This document shows, one piece after another, positions 61,903-64,000 of a stretch of DNA of 64,000 nucleotides. The stretch comes from Gekko japonicus (taxonomy: Eukaryota). Both the position numbers and the translations under genes were made by a program. Positions within the stretch are counted from its first letter, which is position 1, and each line of letters starts with the position of its first letter. The stretch lies in the NCBI RefSeq assembly GCF_001447785.1, contig NW_015172587.1:327776-391775 (forward strand), given 5' to 3'. A model generated the notes under the pieces. It was not told the DNA's origin and did not search any database. It saw only the letters and a list, made by a program, of their open reading frames with translations.

Positions 61903-63600
61903 AAGGTACTTGAGAGGGCGGTGGCTGAACAGCTACAGGCTTCCTTAGATGATGCTTCCATACTGAATCCCTTCCAGTCCTGCTTCCACCCTGGCCATGA
62001 GGTGGAGACTGCTAATCGCCCTCAGAGATGATCTCTGGAGGCGTATGGATCAAGGTGGGTCAGTGCTGCTGTTGCTTTTAGATCTGACAGCAGCAGGGGT
62101 CATTTCCTGCAGGAGCGCACAGGAACGGAGCTCTGGCAGAAAAGAGCCCAGGGGGCGGGCACATGCAACAAGCCCCACCCCCTGCTCCCAGCATCCCTCA
62201 GTCAGAGCAAGAAGCAGCCAGGTAAGTTACAGAGCTCCCCCCGGCCCAAAACTGTTGAGTGGCACCTCTAAGACCAAGTTTTATTCAGGTACAAGCTCTC
62301 CCTCCTCCGCAAAGACAGATCTGCACATTATCCCCCCCCCCAATAGCTAGCAATCCAAAACAGTCCAGTGGAGCCTGAGCGGTGAGTGTTGCCTTCTGAC
62401 ACACTTCCGGTGATGTCAGGGGGTGTGGCATATGCAAATAAGTTACGCTAATGAGTTATGCTAATGGGCTCCTGCACCTCTTTTTCTACGAAATGACCCC
62501 TGGACAGCAGCCATTCAACATGGTCGACCATGATCTACTGACCCACCATCTTGCCAACATTGGGGTACGAGGGACTGCTTTACAATGGCTTTCCTCCTTT
62601 CTCCATGGTTTGAGGACAGAGGGTGGCACTAGGGGAGAGGATGTTCCCGTGACATCCACTGGAATGCAGGGTACCGCAGGGGGCAATCCTCTCTCCAATG
62701 TTATCTAACATCTATATGCTCCTCCTCGCCCAATTGTTCTGGGGATTTGGACTGGGTTGTCATCAATATGCTGATGACACCCAGCTATATCTGTTGATGG
62801 CTGGCTGGCAGGACTCCACTCCAGATATCTTGGACCAGGCATTAGCGGCTGTGGCTGGATGATTGCAGCAGAGCTGGCTGAAGTTGAATCCAACAAAGAT
62901 GACGGTCCTGTACCTGAGTTGTGGGGGATTTGGAATTAGGCTCCCGATCTTCAGTGGGGCACTGTTGGTGCCAGCGCCGGAGGTAAGGAGTCTCAGGGTG
63001 GATTCCTCACTTACTATGGGGCCCAGGTCACTTTGGTTGCAAGATTGGCTTTTTATCACCTTCAGCTAATCAGGCAACTAATTCCCTACCTTGCCCCCGG
63101 GACTTAGCTACAGTGATCCATGCAATGGTCACTTCCAGGCTAGACTACTGTAACTTGCTCTACGCAGGGCTACCCTTGAACTTGATCTGGAAATTGCAGC
63201 TAGTGCAGAATGCTGCAGCATGCTTGCTGATGGCAACACCTGCATGGGTGCACATTCAACCGGTGTTGCGTCAACTGCACTGGCTGCCAATCCAATACCT
63301 GATCCAGGTCAAGGTTATGGTTCTGACCTTCAAAGCCCTATGCGGCCTGGGACCATCATACCGGTGAGACTGCCTCTCCCCGTATGAGCCTTGGAGAGCT
63401 TTGCAGTCTTCTGACCAACATCTCCTGGTGGTCCCTGACCCAAGGGATGTCCACTTAGCCTCAACCAGGGCAAGGGCTTTTTTTGGCTCTCGTCCTGGCC
63501 TGGTGGAACATGCTCCTACTTGAGATCAGGGCCCTACAGGACATAGTACAGTTCTGCAGGGCCTATAAAATGGAGCTATTCCGCCAGGCCTTCATTTGAG
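61903..63600 (+). mobile_element. L2-clade LINE ORF2 3' half (interrupted by a MITE)
   Basis: LLLLLDLTAA..FNMVDH, YADDTQLY, LKLNPTK, VTSRLDYCNLLYAGLP, LQLVQNAAA, LHWLPI. Confidence 0.9.
62094..62502 (+). mobile_element. hAT-type MITE inserted in L2 RT
   Basis: TIRs CAGGGGTCATTTC / GAAATGACCCCTG; perfect TSD GACAGCAG; splits the DLTAA|..FNMVDH motif region. Confidence 0.9.
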
Positions 63601-64000
63601 GTGGTGGGCGTTCGATCTATTCTGCCCCCCCTTTTGAGGTGGTGGGGCGTTCAATCTATTCTGCCCCCCCATCCTGTTTTTTCAACTTTTTTCCAGTGCC
63701 CTACTGTTTCTGGACACCATCTGGACACTGGAGTTTTTTTTAGGGTAATTATGTTGTAGTACATGGGCTTATCTGCTGTTCTTAATTGTTTTATTGTTTT
63801 TACTGTATGCTGATGATTATCTGCTGTTGCTAGTTATTGTTTTATTGTTTTTACTGTATGCTGATTTTATGTTGTGAGTCACCAGTTATACTTCCTTATG
63901 CTTAAGAATCTTTTCTAGCTCTATATGATCTCTATGTGATCAGTGAAAATATAGCATTTTCTAAAACACAGCTATACAAGGTAAGTAGCCCTTCTTGTCT

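Noticed and set aside
44700-64000. Expected syntenic neighbour RSPH9 or another protein-coding gene
   Set aside because: No exon with recognisable coding similarity was found; ORFs here are TE-derived or short. Small exons hidden in gaps cannot be excluded.

Overview
Vertebrate genomic DNA from a squamate reptile, probably a gecko (inferred from its SINE types), with five N-gaps. Three spliced genes can be rebuilt exon by exon with consistent GT-AG phases. (1) GTPBP2 on the minus strand: 11 coding exons from ATG 13484 down to 212; the last exon is left of the window. (2) MAD2L1BP (p31comet) on the plus strand, about 22014-29860, with an anomalous 5' end. (3) A complete 477-aa microsomal epoxide hydrolase (EPHX1-like) on the minus strand, 42151-31904, tail-to-tail with MAD2L1BP at a position where human has no EPHX gene. 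The rest is dense with transposons. These include a three-level nest (Sauria SINE > Gypsy A > Gypsy B) that leaves an intact chimeric LTR-PBS-ORF-PPT-LTR cassette upstream of GTPBP2, and a non-autonomous Helitron with intact ends and a hairpin minisatellite beside the epoxide hydrolase. There are also solo LTRs, many hAT-type MITEs with 8-bp TSDs, and CR1, L2, RTE and Penelope fragments. No rRNA, tRNA or CRISPR array was found. All homology calls are by recognition of motifs; no database search was run.
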